NCBI GenBank assembly: GCA_965226055.1
Contig: CBDDCA010000006.1
Span: forward strand, 128,001-192,000
Direction of reading: 5' to 3'
Source: Spirochaetia bacterium
GTDB lineage: Bacteria; Spirochaetota; Spirochaetia; WTKD01; G963693115
Length of the DNA: 64,000 nucleotides
Part shown: in pieces, positions 52,015 through 61,900 of the stretch
Numbering within the stretch: position 1 is the stretch's first letter
Layout of the letters: the number at the start of each line of letters is the position of its first letter
The notes under the pieces: model-generated
The model's database searches: none
What the model saw: the letters and a program-made list of their open reading frames with translations, nothing else
What the model was told of the DNA's origin: nothing
Made by a program: the position numbers and the translations under genes

Positions 52015-53298
52015 TTACTTGAGATACCGATTTTTCCAAAATTCCTGTATAGGTTCTTCCCACGTACTATGAAACTCTCTAATAGTTGTTTTTCCTATAT
52101 CTTTTGGAGGGCCTGCAGGGTGTGTACTAGAATCATTTCTAAATACATATTCATCCTCTCTCTCTAAAACATCCCTATCTAACACAGTAGGATCTCCCCA
52201 GTACTGAGGATCAGCCTTACGAGCTTGTGCTTCAGGAGAAATAAGAAAATTTATGACAACAAGTGCTGCTGGCTTAGAGGTAGCATTGAAAGGCACTGTC
52301 AAGAAATGAGCGTTTGCTATCGTCCCTTCATCCAATAAAAACATCCTTACATCATCAGAAAATTCTTTACTAAGCACTTTACTTACCGCATCATAAGGAT
52401 TAAATGTAAGCCCATACTGTATTTCTGAATCCTTAAAAAGCGTTATCATTTCTGAATAACTATTTGGAAACGATGTTCCTTGTTTCCATAGATACGGATG
52501 TATAGTATCAAGAAACAACCATACCCCATTATTAGCAATAAAGTGTTGCTGTTCACTACTAGCAGTATACGGACTGTACAGCATGGCCATGCCTTGTTTA
52601 TCAGCAAAAAGATACATCATGTTTTTGAGAAATGTATTTCCTGTAAAATCAAGATATGGGACAGGATACGTAAACATTCCAGGATGTTTCTTTACCTCTT
52701 CTTGTAACTGAAACAGATTATAAAACGCACTTGTTTTGCTTGAACGATGAAAAAAACTTAATTGAGCCGTCCCCCACGGAACCTCTAAGCCATCAGTTTT
52801 TATAGTAAAATCTTCGTACAATACAGGATTATTCTCATCCAAATACTTTTTGTTAGGAAGAATATCTAAAATATTCCCTAAAAACATATCCTCATTTTTC
52901 ATAACATTAAACGCTTCTCCATTAAGCCACACAATATCAATACTTCCCGTATCATAATTACCAGCAGCTTTTTCCTGATGCAAACGCCTTATTGTCTCCA
53001 TAGTATCTTGTACAAGCACGTGGACAAGATTGATATTATAGATTTGCTTAACTTGCTTTCTTACCCACTGTATATACTGATTTATTTGATTAGATCCCCC
53101 CCATGCATTAAAATACACCGTCTTCCCTTTAGAAAACTCCTCTATTGTTTGCCAATCTACAGAAAACACATCAACACTTGCCTTTTCTTTCGCAGCACAA
53201 GAGAGAAACAATACAGCATATAATACAATACATACACTCATACATATTGAAAAACAGAGAGCTGTCTTACTTTTTTGAAACCTATATGTAGTACTCAT
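52015..53298 (-). CDS. ABC substrate-binding lipoprotein (YnjB-like)
   Basis: Lipobox LFLSC, VYFNAWGG, DIVWLNGE, DFTGNTFLK, NFLISPEAQARKADP..WGDPTVLD. Confidence 0.88.
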   Translation of the reverse strand: MSTTYRFQKSKTALCFSICMSVCIVLYAVLFLSCAAKEKASVDVFSVDWQTIEEFSKGKTVYFNAWGGSNQINQYIQWVRKQVKQIYNINLVHVLVQDTMETIRRLHQEKAAGNYDTGSIDIVWLNGEAFNVMKNEDMFLGNILDILPNKKYLDENNPVLYEDFTIKTDGLEVPWGTAQLSFFHRSSKTSAFYNLFQLQEEVKKHPGMFTYPVPYLDFTGNTFLKNMMYLFADKQGMAMLYSPYTASSEQQHFIANNGVWLFLDTIHPYLWKQGTSFPNSYSEMITLFKDSEIQYGLTFNPYDAVSKVLSKEFSDDVRMFLLDEGTIANAHFLTVPFNATSKPAALVVINFLISPEAQARKADPQYWGDPTVLDRDVLEREDEYVFRNDSSTHPAGPPKDIGKTTIREFHSTWEEPIQEFWKNRYLK

Positions 53299-53582
53299 GA
53301 TATACCTGCTATAGTATGTACAAACACTTAAATATAAAAGAAAATCTCATTACCATATTTACATTTTAGCATATAGTGAGATAAATACTATACATATCCT
53401 GTCAAAAATACAATCACATCAATAGCAAAATATGAGTATATAAGATTTATCAATATTTTTAATACGCATCTTGATTTTTTATATTATTATACTAAATTAT
53501 ATATTGTAAAAAAATATAATGTATCAATATGTGATTTATCTCTATATTACACCATACATTGATATAAAAAAGGAACGGTATT

Positions 53583-54392
53583 ATGAATAAAATATCTCCT
53601 CTATGCACCTTGTTTATAACAAGCATTATGCTATTACTTAATAGCTGTGATATCATAGATCCTATTGATCTTCAATTACAACCACACTCTTATTCTCCTC
53701 CAACATGGATACAAGGAAAATGGGAACACGAGCAACTTACTATAACAGCTCTTGAAAATAACATTATTATTTGCGAAACAAAATATGTAGAAATAACTAC
53801 TAATTTTTCAAATATGATGAAATATAATGTAAAAGAAAACAAATCAACATCTCACCCCACATATCGTATTTCATTTAAGGAACAAGATTCACATTTGGGA
53901 GAAATAAACAACATCTATGAATTTATTAAGCAAAATGATAACACATTAATCTATAATCATTCAATTGAAATTGAAAACCAACAGCATAATTCAAGTAAAG
54001 CTACCTATACACTAACAAAACAAACTCCTCTTTATTCTTATTCTCCTCCAGCATGGATACAAGGCTCTTGGACATATAATGATATCACAATTACGCTGTC
54101 AAAAAATAATATTACAATCGTCAGTAACGATCTATGGATTGATTTCTCAAAACATATGATAGATAACATAATAGAAACAATACATGAAAATAATAATACA
54201 TATAGTATTGCTACTCAACAATACCATGAAGGTATAGGAAAAACAACTCAACAATTTACATTCATGAAGCAAGATAACTCCACATTAGTCCATACACATT
54301 CATCAGTACATTTAGAGAGCATATCAGACATAACGATTTATATACTAAAAAAGCAACAAAACACTCCTCCAATACTATACTATAACAAATAA
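53583..54392 (+). CDS. Lipoprotein with two tandem ~115-aa domains
   Basis: Lipobox LLLNS-C; SYSPPTWIQGKW and SYSPPAWIQGSW; FIKQNDNTL and FMKQDNSTL. Confidence 0.75.
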   Translation: MNKISPLCTLFITSIMLLLNSCDIIDPIDLQLQPHSYSPPTWIQGKWEHEQLTITALENNIIICETKYVEITTNFSNMMKYNVKENKSTSHPTYRISFKEQDSHLGEINNIYEFIKQNDNTLIYNHSIEIENQQHNSSKATYTLTKQTPLYSYSPPAWIQGSWTYNDITITLSKNNITIVSNDLWIDFSKHMIDNIIETIHENNNTYSIATQQYHEGIGKTTQQFTFMKQDNSTLVHTHSSVHLESISDITIYILKKQQNTPPILYYNK

Positions 54393-54405
54393 AGCACTTT
54401 ATTTA

Positions 54406-55158
54406 TCAATGTATCAATTTTTCTGGATTACTGTATCGTATAAGTGCCTTCGCTAACACATCTGTTGCATCAATAAGTAATGTATCTACCATGTTTTGAA
54501 ACAGAACCACTGGTATTTCAGTACAGCCCATTATAATCGCTTGTACTGTATACTCATCTTGCAAATCCTTTGATACCTGTTGTAATATCATCCTAGCTTC
54601 TTGTGAAGGAGGAGAAGACTGTGCCTTTATACCATATGCAGCATTGTATATACTTTGATGTACAAGCTCTTTTTTCTTCTCATTTGGTACACATAGCTCA
54701 ATATCATATTTTTTGAGTATATCACTATATAACTTAGATGCATATGTTCCTTTTGTTGCAAGTAACCCTACTCTATATATACTATTCTGTACAAGATACT
54801 CTGCAACTTCTTCAATCATATGGACAAAACGCATATCAGACATAGTATGTTTCTGTAATAAACTATCAATCTCTTCATGTATAGGAGCAATATGTGCCGT
54901 ATTACAAGGAATACCAACCGTATAACATCCTAGTCCATATAATTGAGTAATAACATCAAATATATCAAGTGCTGGATTACGTAATGTTCTATCATAAAAA
55001 TACGCTGTTCTATCTTCTATTGCATGAGCACAAGAAATATGATAGATAGGAATATGATCTTGATCTTGAACTGCTTTTGTATTTTTTATTACTTTAGCAT
55101 GTAAATCAACTCCAGCGAAAGGGCCAACTCCGCCAATAATGCCAATCTTATTTAGCAT
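54406..55158 (-). CDS. Aspartate/glutamate racemase family protein
   Basis: IGIIGGVGP, DQDH, IPCNTAH and MGCTEIP (both catalytic Cys), GLLATKGT. Confidence 0.92.
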   Translation of the reverse strand: MLNKIGIIGGVGPFAGVDLHAKVIKNTKAVQDQDHIPIYHISCAHAIEDRTAYFYDRTLRNPALDIFDVITQLYGLGCYTVGIPCNTAHIAPIHEEIDSLLQKHTMSDMRFVHMIEEVAEYLVQNSIYRVGLLATKGTYASKLYSDILKKYDIELCVPNEKKKELVHQSIYNAAYGIKAQSSPPSQEARMILQQVSKDLQDEYTVQAIIMGCTEIPVVLFQNMVDTLLIDATDVLAKALIRYSNPEKLIH

Positions 55159-57352
55159 CTAATATCTCATCACTATCAAAATAAAGAGTATCATACTCAT
55201 GAGATACTTCACCTTCATCCTCACGAAGCAACGCATCTATAGGATCAGAAATTCCTAAACCATAGCTATTTTCTTCTATTGTTTTTTCTATTGTATCACT
55301 CACTGTACTATCACTACTCTCTTCTTCTATAGAGCTTCCTTGCTTGACATATCCAAACAACTGGTATACGCTCGTAAATTCCTTCTTTCCTTTTAATTGC
55401 ACTGCTTCTAAGGCCTTATACTTAAACTCAGGACCCAACATTGATTTAGTTGTTTCTGAAATCAATATTTTTGTACTATATTCTTTATTGAGACCTTCTA
55501 ATCTACTAGTAACATTCACCGTATCACCTAATACAGAAAAATTAAATTTCTGTACAGAACCAAGTACTCCTACAAGAGCATGTCCCGAATTTACTCCAAT
55601 ACGAGTTGCAAACCGTATCCCGCTTAATGAAGCAATTTTTTCATTTATTATCTTATGAGCAAGTTGCATCTTTAATGCTGCTAGACACGCTTGTTCAGCA
55701 TGATTTTCATTTTCATCAAACACACCAAACAGTGCCATAATAGCATCTCCAATAAATTTATCAATGATACCATTTTGATCAGCAATAACATTACACATCT
55801 CCGTAAAATAGATACTCAATGCATCCGAAAGCTGTAGCGGAGAAAAATTTTCGGTAATACTAGTAAAAGAGACAATATCACTAAACAAGATACTAATATT
55901 TTTTTTATGTTCCATTCGTAACGATATTTCAGTATTCTTTTGTATGGAATCCACAATAACTTCTTGCGGTACAAATTTCTTAAAGGAAGACAGACTCTTT
56001 ATAACTCGATTATAGACTTCTCCTATATTTTTTATCTCTGTTACTTTCATCTTGCTCTGGTTATCTTTATACGAATTATCTAATTGTAATGAAATTATTC
56101 CTCCCATCAGATCAGATATATCCCCTATTTTATCTGATATGTTTTGTGTAAGCCTTGAGTACAGAACAAGGGCTATAATAAACATGATAGTCAACAATAC
56201 AATACCCAACTTTAATGTATTATAAAAATCTCCTACTAAGGTTGTATCTTCTAACACAAAAATGAGATTCCAATCTATACCATTAAATGTGTTCATATTG
56301 ACAGACGTATATATATACTTGCTTCCTTCATAAGAAAAAATATCGGTAAATGTATTTGAATTTATATTGATATTCCCTAAACTATTAAGAGACGAAGAAG
56401 GAAACAAAATATCAGTAAGAATCCTAACAATACTTTTTTTATCTAATTGATCCACTTGCTGTTCTCTCCTTTGAGAGAGATTATAAAGCATGTACTTTAT
56501 TTCACTACTTACAGCATAATCATCAACCTTAAATAACTGTATACCAGAAGCACGATTAGTCGTTCTTTGTTGTAATGTTGATCTATTATTCAAAAATATA
56601 TCATGATACGCTATAATGTTATCGTTATTATCACTGATAAGAGTAGCTCCTATATTACTAAAAGGTAACTGTACTATAAAATCAGCCAAATAGCTTAGGC
56701 TTATATCAATGGATATAACTCCTTCAAAGCCATCTACATTCACCTTTCTTGTCCCCGTTATTCCTAAAATTTTGTCCGAAAAGAAAATATAAGGTTCTGT
56801 CCATTTAATGTTACTAGCATTAGCATTTTGATACCATGGTCTTTTTCTTGGATCGTAGCCTTGTTCTAAACTTGATTCAGAGTATTCAGGAAATATAAAT
56901 CTGTTTTCTTTATTTTGATGTATCCATTCACTCACTATCTTTGACTCTGTCCTATATACATAGCGTTTACTAATACTATTATCAACCATTCGCTTGGCCA
57001 TATAAAAATTACCATTAAAATCAGCCATGTACAAGGCATTGATATTCACATCCGACTCTAAGAAACCAGACATAACATCATACCAATAATTAGGATCTGT
57101 TACCTCAAATATATCGCTACGGGCAATGTTATATAAAGAGTCAAGGGCATTTTCAGCATTAACAAAATATGCTTCAAGTTCACCTATTATATTTGAAGTT
57201 GCCACTGCTCCAAATTCTTTTGCTACTTTTAAGGATATAGAAGAATTTTGACTATAAAAAAGAGATATTATTGTAATAAACAACACTATAATCACTGTCC
57301 CCATCACAGTAATCAATAGAGCTTTTAAGGAAATTGATGTTCTATTTTTCAT
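55148..57352 (-). CDS. Membrane class III adenylate cyclase with extracytoplasmic Cache domain
   Basis: TM - YDPRKRPWY, WTEPYIF (Cache) - TM - HAMP-like - ILFSDIVSFT, DKFIGDAIMALFG, LGDTVNVTSRLEGLNK. Confidence 0.92.
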   Translation of the reverse strand: MKNRTSISLKALLITVMGTVIIVLFITIISLFYSQNSSISLKVAKEFGAVATSNIIGELEAYFVNAENALDSLYNIARSDIFEVTDPNYWYDVMSGFLESDVNINALYMADFNGNFYMAKRMVDNSISKRYVYRTESKIVSEWIHQNKENRFIFPEYSESSLEQGYDPRKRPWYQNANASNIKWTEPYIFFSDKILGITGTRKVNVDGFEGVISIDISLSYLADFIVQLPFSNIGATLISDNNDNIIAYHDIFLNNRSTLQQRTTNRASGIQLFKVDDYAVSSEIKYMLYNLSQRREQQVDQLDKKSIVRILTDILFPSSSLNSLGNININSNTFTDIFSYEGSKYIYTSVNMNTFNGIDWNLIFVLEDTTLVGDFYNTLKLGIVLLTIMFIIALVLYSRLTQNISDKIGDISDLMGGIISLQLDNSYKDNQSKMKVTEIKNIGEVYNRVIKSLSSFKKFVPQEVIVDSIQKNTEISLRMEHKKNISILFSDIVSFTSITENFSPLQLSDALSIYFTEMCNVIADQNGIIDKFIGDAIMALFGVFDENENHAEQACLAALKMQLAHKIINEKIASLSGIRFATRIGVNSGHALVGVLGSVQKFNFSVLGDTVNVTSRLEGLNKEYSTKILISETTKSMLGPEFKYKALEAVQLKGKKEFTSVYQLFGYVKQGSSIEEESSDSTVSDTIEKTIEENSYGLGISDPIDALLREDEGEVSHEYDTLYFDSDEILDAK

Positions 57353-57396
57353 ATATTTTTTAGTAGTTTAGTAATTAGAATAGCAACATCACATAC

Positions 57397-58677
57397 CTAC
57401 CGTATATCCTGATATTTCTTAGTAAAATTATTATACAGTACACTCGTTAAAGCTGTATTTGTATGCATAATAATAGTTGAACGTAAAGGCTCTATAACAA
57501 TATCAATAGATATTAAAAATAATAGCGTTGTTTCAACAGGAATACCTATTGAAGATATAACTACCGCTAAAATACTTAATGTAGGAGTACCTGAAATACC
57601 AAATGTAGCAAGCCCTGCAAATATCACTGCTACAGCAAGAAACATATAAATCATGCCACTTAACTCTATATCATATAACTGAGCAGAAAAGATAGTTATC
57701 AAAGAAAAGTAAAAAATGTTCCCAAAACGACCTATCACCATCAATATAGGTAATACTGATTTTGAAAATACATAATTCACCTTAAATTTTGAAGAGAGTG
57801 TATTGATAAATATAGGCATAGTAACTATGCTGTTTCTCACTACAAACAGAGCAACTAAAGGATGAAAAGAAGCCATAGCTGAAGGTAACAATTTCTGTTT
57901 TGAGCTTACTGCGAGCATAACAACATTAGCACATAATAAGAGAAATCCAAAAATATAAAAAATAAGCACTAACTTACCAGTAGCAAAAATAACATTCATA
58001 TTCATCTTTGCAAATTCTGAAGCGGTAATACAGACTACAAAAATTGGTAACAATACCATTAAATATGATATTAATGTTGAAAATACCTCATATATTTCCT
58101 CAAAAAAACCAATAATAAGATATTTTCGACGCACCCCTCTTTTAGGAAGGGAGCCAATTGATAAGCCAAATAAAATAGAAAAGATGAGTATAGAAAAAAT
58201 ATGACTTGAAGACAATGAATTAAAAATATTTGAAGGGATAATCTTCAATAAAAAACTAATAAATCCTGTCTCAACCGTATCTTCTCCTGACAAATTTACT
58301 TCTACCACCTCACTCCGTAAATTTACCTGCTGTGATAGAATATCTTTACTCTCTGTAGATATATCCCCTGGAGTAAATAATACCCCCACCAGTATCCCTA
58401 ATAGAGCATATATAATTGATACAATTCCTACAAATAAGATAATTCTACCAAAAAAGCGCTTTAAGTAATCATTAGTAATAAATTTTCCTATACTACAAAT
58501 TATCGCAGATACAATTACAGGGATAACTGCCATGTTTAATAGTAATAGATAAATAGTAGAATATACAGAAAGATATGTTCCTATAATTTTATGTGAAGAA
58601 CCAATATAGATTCCTATTATTATTGATAATAGTAAGGTTATTGGGTTTTTTAGAATGTAAACTATATATTTTCTCAT
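57397..58677 (-). CDS. DAACS (dicarboxylate/amino acid:cation symporter) family protein, atypical motifs, copy B
   Basis: LLNMAVIPVI, IIPSNIFNSL, IFSILFGLSI, VRNS, IGRFGN, IDIVIEPLRS. Confidence 0.85.
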   Translation of the reverse strand: MRKYIVYILKNPITLLLSIIIGIYIGSSHKIIGTYLSVYSTIYLLLLNMAVIPVIVSAIICSIGKFITNDYLKRFFGRIILFVGIVSIIYALLGILVGVLFTPGDISTESKDILSQQVNLRSEVVEVNLSGEDTVETGFISFLLKIIPSNIFNSLSSSHIFSILIFSILFGLSIGSLPKRGVRRKYLIIGFFEEIYEVFSTLISYLMVLLPIFVVCITASEFAKMNMNVIFATGKLVLIFYIFGFLLLCANVVMLAVSSKQKLLPSAMASFHPLVALFVVRNSIVTMPIFINTLSSKFKVNYVFSKSVLPILMVIGRFGNIFYFSLITIFSAQLYDIELSGMIYMFLAVAVIFAGLATFGISGTPTLSILAVVISSIGIPVETTLLFLISIDIVIEPLRSTIIMHTNTALTSVLYNNFTKKYQDIR

Positions 58678-58685
58678 ATGTATTC

Positions 58686-59537
58686 TTACTGCTTATTTCT
58701 TACAAAATCTCTAAAATTATACTCATCAAGAAGCCTTCTTGTATCCTGTTGAATATTCATTGACTCTAGTACCCTATTTAAGTAAAACACAAAATGGAAT
58801 TCAGAAGGATGCACTGCTATAGCAATTGGATCTATTTGATCTTCAAGTATCACTGGCTTCAAAGTTAAGTTACTACTAGGCTGTGACTGCATTATTTTGA
58901 ATATCTCAAGCTCATCCCGATATATTGCAAACACTTCTCCATTTATCCCTGCATCTATAACATTTTCCCATGAATCTAATGAATCTATTTTAGCATGAGG
59001 AAAATTCAAATTTGCATATCGTTCATACGAAGAATTTTTAATGACACCAATATTCTCCTCAAAACTTTTTAAGAAAGATTTTAGCTCATTGTCTTTTACT
59101 CCAAACTTTGCTAGTTTTACTTTATTTATCAGTAATGCTTGACTAAACACAATATAGGGATCGGTATACAATACCCGTCTACTCCTCGCTAAGGTAAGAC
59201 TCAATTTAGAAGAAGCAAAATCAATCTCTTTATTAAGTACTAAAGGAATAAGATCATTAAATCCTTGTGCTGCCCTACTAATTCTCAAATCTACCCCAAT
59301 ACGGTTTGCTACTTCTTTTGCTATATCTACATCTAATCCTACCATAGTCCCATCAGAGCTTTCGTAATAAAAAGGAAACTGATCTACTGCAGTCATACCA
59401 ACAACAAGATATCCTCTTTCCTTTATCTCATCTATCTTAGCAGTGCTTATGCTTCCTGGTGTCTGAGTAAAAGCAGATATAGCACCTATTACTAATAAAA
59501 ATACCAACATTAACGATTTATTCATTCTCATCTCCAT
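58686..59537 (-). CDS. Amino-acid-type solute-binding protein (family 3), copy B
   Basis: Signal peptide, IDEIKERGYLVVGM, GLDVDIAKEVA, SKLSLTLARS. Confidence 0.87.
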   Translation of the reverse strand: MEMRMNKSLMLVFLLVIGAISAFTQTPGSISTAKIDEIKERGYLVVGMTAVDQFPFYYESSDGTMVGLDVDIAKEVANRIGVDLRISRAAQGFNDLIPLVLNKEIDFASSKLSLTLARSRRVLYTDPYIVFSQALLINKVKLAKFGVKDNELKSFLKSFEENIGVIKNSSYERYANLNFPHAKIDSLDSWENVIDAGINGEVFAIYRDELEIFKIMQSQPSSNLTLKPVILEDQIDPIAIAVHPSEFHFVFYLNRVLESMNIQQDTRRLLDEYNFRDFVRNKQ

Positions 59538-59548
59538 ACTTAAAATAG

Positions 59549-60850
59549 TTACTCTTTAGGTTCAATAACAGGCCCCTCATGTATTGATTGACCTGTTTTT
59601 TGATACTGTGAGTATAAAATTGCTGTTAATACTGTATTAGTATTAACAATTATAGTGGTACGTAAAGGATCAATAATAGTATCAATAATCAACAATATTA
59701 CTAACACAGTTTCAAAAGGAATACCAAGCGGTTCTACTATTAGCCCTAAAAGACTTAATGTGGCAAAACCACTTGCTCCTGCCGTAGCTACTCCTGCAAA
59801 CACAATACTTATACAAATAACTACCAATGCAGACACAGACAAATCAGTGTAATAAAGCTGAGCTGCAAAAAGAGTAACAAGAGCAAAATAAAAAATATTA
59901 CCAAAACGTCCTAATACTGTCATCAATGGCATAACAGATTTTGCAAATGAATGATCTACTCCTAAATCTTTTTTAAGAGAATCAATAGCAACAGCCATAG
60001 AGGCAATACTATTTCTTGTGGTAAATGCAATAATAGAAGGGTAGGCAACTATTCCAGTAACCTTAAAAAAACTTTTTTTCACACTTACTGCAAGTGCCAC
60101 ACTATTTGTTACTAACAATAGTATACCAAATATGTAAAAAGTAATAATCAATTTCGCACTTGCAAAAATAATATTAAATCCTGACCGTGCAACCTCTGAT
60201 GACATAATACATATAAGAGCAAAAGGGAGCAGCAACATAACATATGAAATAATACTTGAAAATATAAGATATATTTCTTCAAAAAACTCTACCACATATG
60301 CTTTATCACCCTTTTTAGGAATAGCCCCCACTGCAAGTCCAAATATAATGGAAAACACTAATACTGCCAGCACCTGATTTGAAGCTAAAGAGTTAAATAT
60401 ATTATCAGGAATTATCAATAGTAAAAAATCTTGAAGCCCATTATCCTGAGCTGTATCGGTTTCATCCAATCGTATACGTAATATCTCACTTTGTAAACTT
60501 ACTTGTTCAGACATTATTTCTCTACTTTCTTCGGATATATTACCGGGACGAAATACTAAGCCAATAACAATTCCTATAATAGCATACAAAATTGATACGC
60601 CAATAAGTACTAATATAATCTTCCCCAATAATTTCTGCATGCGAGAATTAGATACAAAACGACCTAAACTGGTAACAATGGCAGATATAAGGATAGGAAG
60701 TACTGTCATTTTAAGTAAAATTTGATATGCGTCACCATAAATTGACAAAGATAAACCTAATCCTTTATAGTATAAACCAATAAAAATACCTATCCCCATT
60801 GCAACAATTGATGTCAATGGATGTTTAATAAACTTCACAATAGTGTTCAT
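59549..60850 (-). CDS. DAACS family protein, atypical motifs, copy A
   Basis: LLKMTVLPILI, IIPDNIFNSL, VLVFSIIFGLAV, AFTTRNS, LGRFGN, IDTIIDPLRT. Confidence 0.87.
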   Translation of the reverse strand: MNTIVKFIKHPLTSIVAMGIGIFIGLYYKGLGLSLSIYGDAYQILLKMTVLPILISAIVTSLGRFVSNSRMQKLLGKIILVLIGVSILYAIIGIVIGLVFRPGNISEESREIMSEQVSLQSEILRIRLDETDTAQDNGLQDFLLLIIPDNIFNSLASNQVLAVLVFSIIFGLAVGAIPKKGDKAYVVEFFEEIYLIFSSIISYVMLLLPFALICIMSSEVARSGFNIIFASAKLIITFYIFGILLLVTNSVALAVSVKKSFFKVTGIVAYPSIIAFTTRNSIASMAVAIDSLKKDLGVDHSFAKSVMPLMTVLGRFGNIFYFALVTLFAAQLYYTDLSVSALVVICISIVFAGVATAGASGFATLSLLGLIVEPLGIPFETVLVILLIIDTIIDPLRTTIIVNTNTVLTAILYSQYQKTGQSIHEGPVIEPKE

Positions 60851-60864
60851 AATTATCCTCTTCT

Positions 60865-61725
60865 TTATTTATTTTCTTTATATAACTGTAAAATTATTTG
60901 GGAATCAGTCTCTAAATCTATAGTCTCTAATACTCTGTTAATGAAAAATAAGAAATGGTATTCATTAGGATGTACTGCTATTGCTATAGGATCAGTGTTA
61001 TCTTTTAATAATACAGGCTTTAGCACTAAATTGCTATTAGCATTTTCTTGTATTACCTTAAATATCTCTACTTCATCTCTGTATATTGCAAAAACAGAAC
61101 CAGTAAGAGCAGCATTTACCACTTCTTCCCATGTATCAAATAATTCAATCTTTGCAAAGGGAAAATTACTCTTTGCATAACGAACATAGGAAGATCCTTC
61201 TACTACCCCCAAAGTACCAGAAAAACTTTTTAGCAAAGTATTTAATTTATTATTATCAATATTTGCTCTTGCTAGTTGTACTCTATTAAGAAATAACGCT
61301 TGACGCAATACAATATAAGGGTCTGAATATAATATCTTCTTTGATCTATCAAGGGTTCTGCTCAATTTTGATATAACTAAATCTACTCTCCTCTCTACTA
61401 CTAATGGAATAAGCGCATCAAACGAGGGAGCTTCACGATTTATTCTCAATGCAACATCCAATCGTGCCGCTATTTCAAGTGCTATATCTATGTCTATACC
61501 TGCCAGATTTGTTACATTTGTTTCAACTTCTGTATCTCCTACCTTGCTAGTATCAAGAGTATAATAAAATGGATAATTATCTACTGCTGTCATACCAACA
61601 ATAATATACCCTCTTTCTTTTATTTCTTGAATTTTTTGTGCATACTCTAATTGAGAAAAGAGAGCAGGAGATACAAAAAATATCATACATATGCTAATAA
61701 TGTTACATATATGTCGTTTTATCAT
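60865..61725 (-). CDS. Amino-acid-type solute-binding protein (family 3), copy A
   Basis: Signal peptide, IQEIKERGYIIVGM, GIDIDIALEIA, SKLSRTLDRS. Confidence 0.87.
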   Translation of the reverse strand: MIKRHICNIISICMIFFVSPALFSQLEYAQKIQEIKERGYIIVGMTAVDNYPFYYTLDTSKVGDTEVETNVTNLAGIDIDIALEIAARLDVALRINREAPSFDALIPLVVERRVDLVISKLSRTLDRSKKILYSDPYIVLRQALFLNRVQLARANIDNNKLNTLLKSFSGTLGVVEGSSYVRYAKSNFPFAKIELFDTWEEVVNAALTGSVFAIYRDEVEIFKVIQENANSNLVLKPVLLKDNTDPIAIAVHPNEYHFLFFINRVLETIDLETDSQIILQLYKENK

Positions 61726-61832
61726 AATTACTCATTTCTTTTTAAATTACTTACCGTTATTATCGCCATATTTCTGGGATTCCTTTATATTTTTTTATAT
61801 ATCTTCATATATAAAACTGCATTACCAGTAGT

Positions 61833-61861
61833 ATTATAATAATATTTACACACTTTTTCAA
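61833..61861 (-). promoter_or_regulatory. Sigma70-type promoter of the SBP/DAACS/cyclase/racemase operon
   Basis: TTGAAA-N17-TATAAT on the minus strand, about 108 nt upstream of the first ATG. Confidence 0.7.
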
Positions 61862-61900
61862 GTAGCATGTAACAAAATTGTGCAAAAAAACCGAAAAAAA

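Noticed and set aside
53520-53565. CRP-like TGTGA site or inverted repeat upstream of the two-domain lipoprotein
   Set aside because: Only a half-site; the second half does not match TCACA and the inverted repeat is weak for AT-rich DNA
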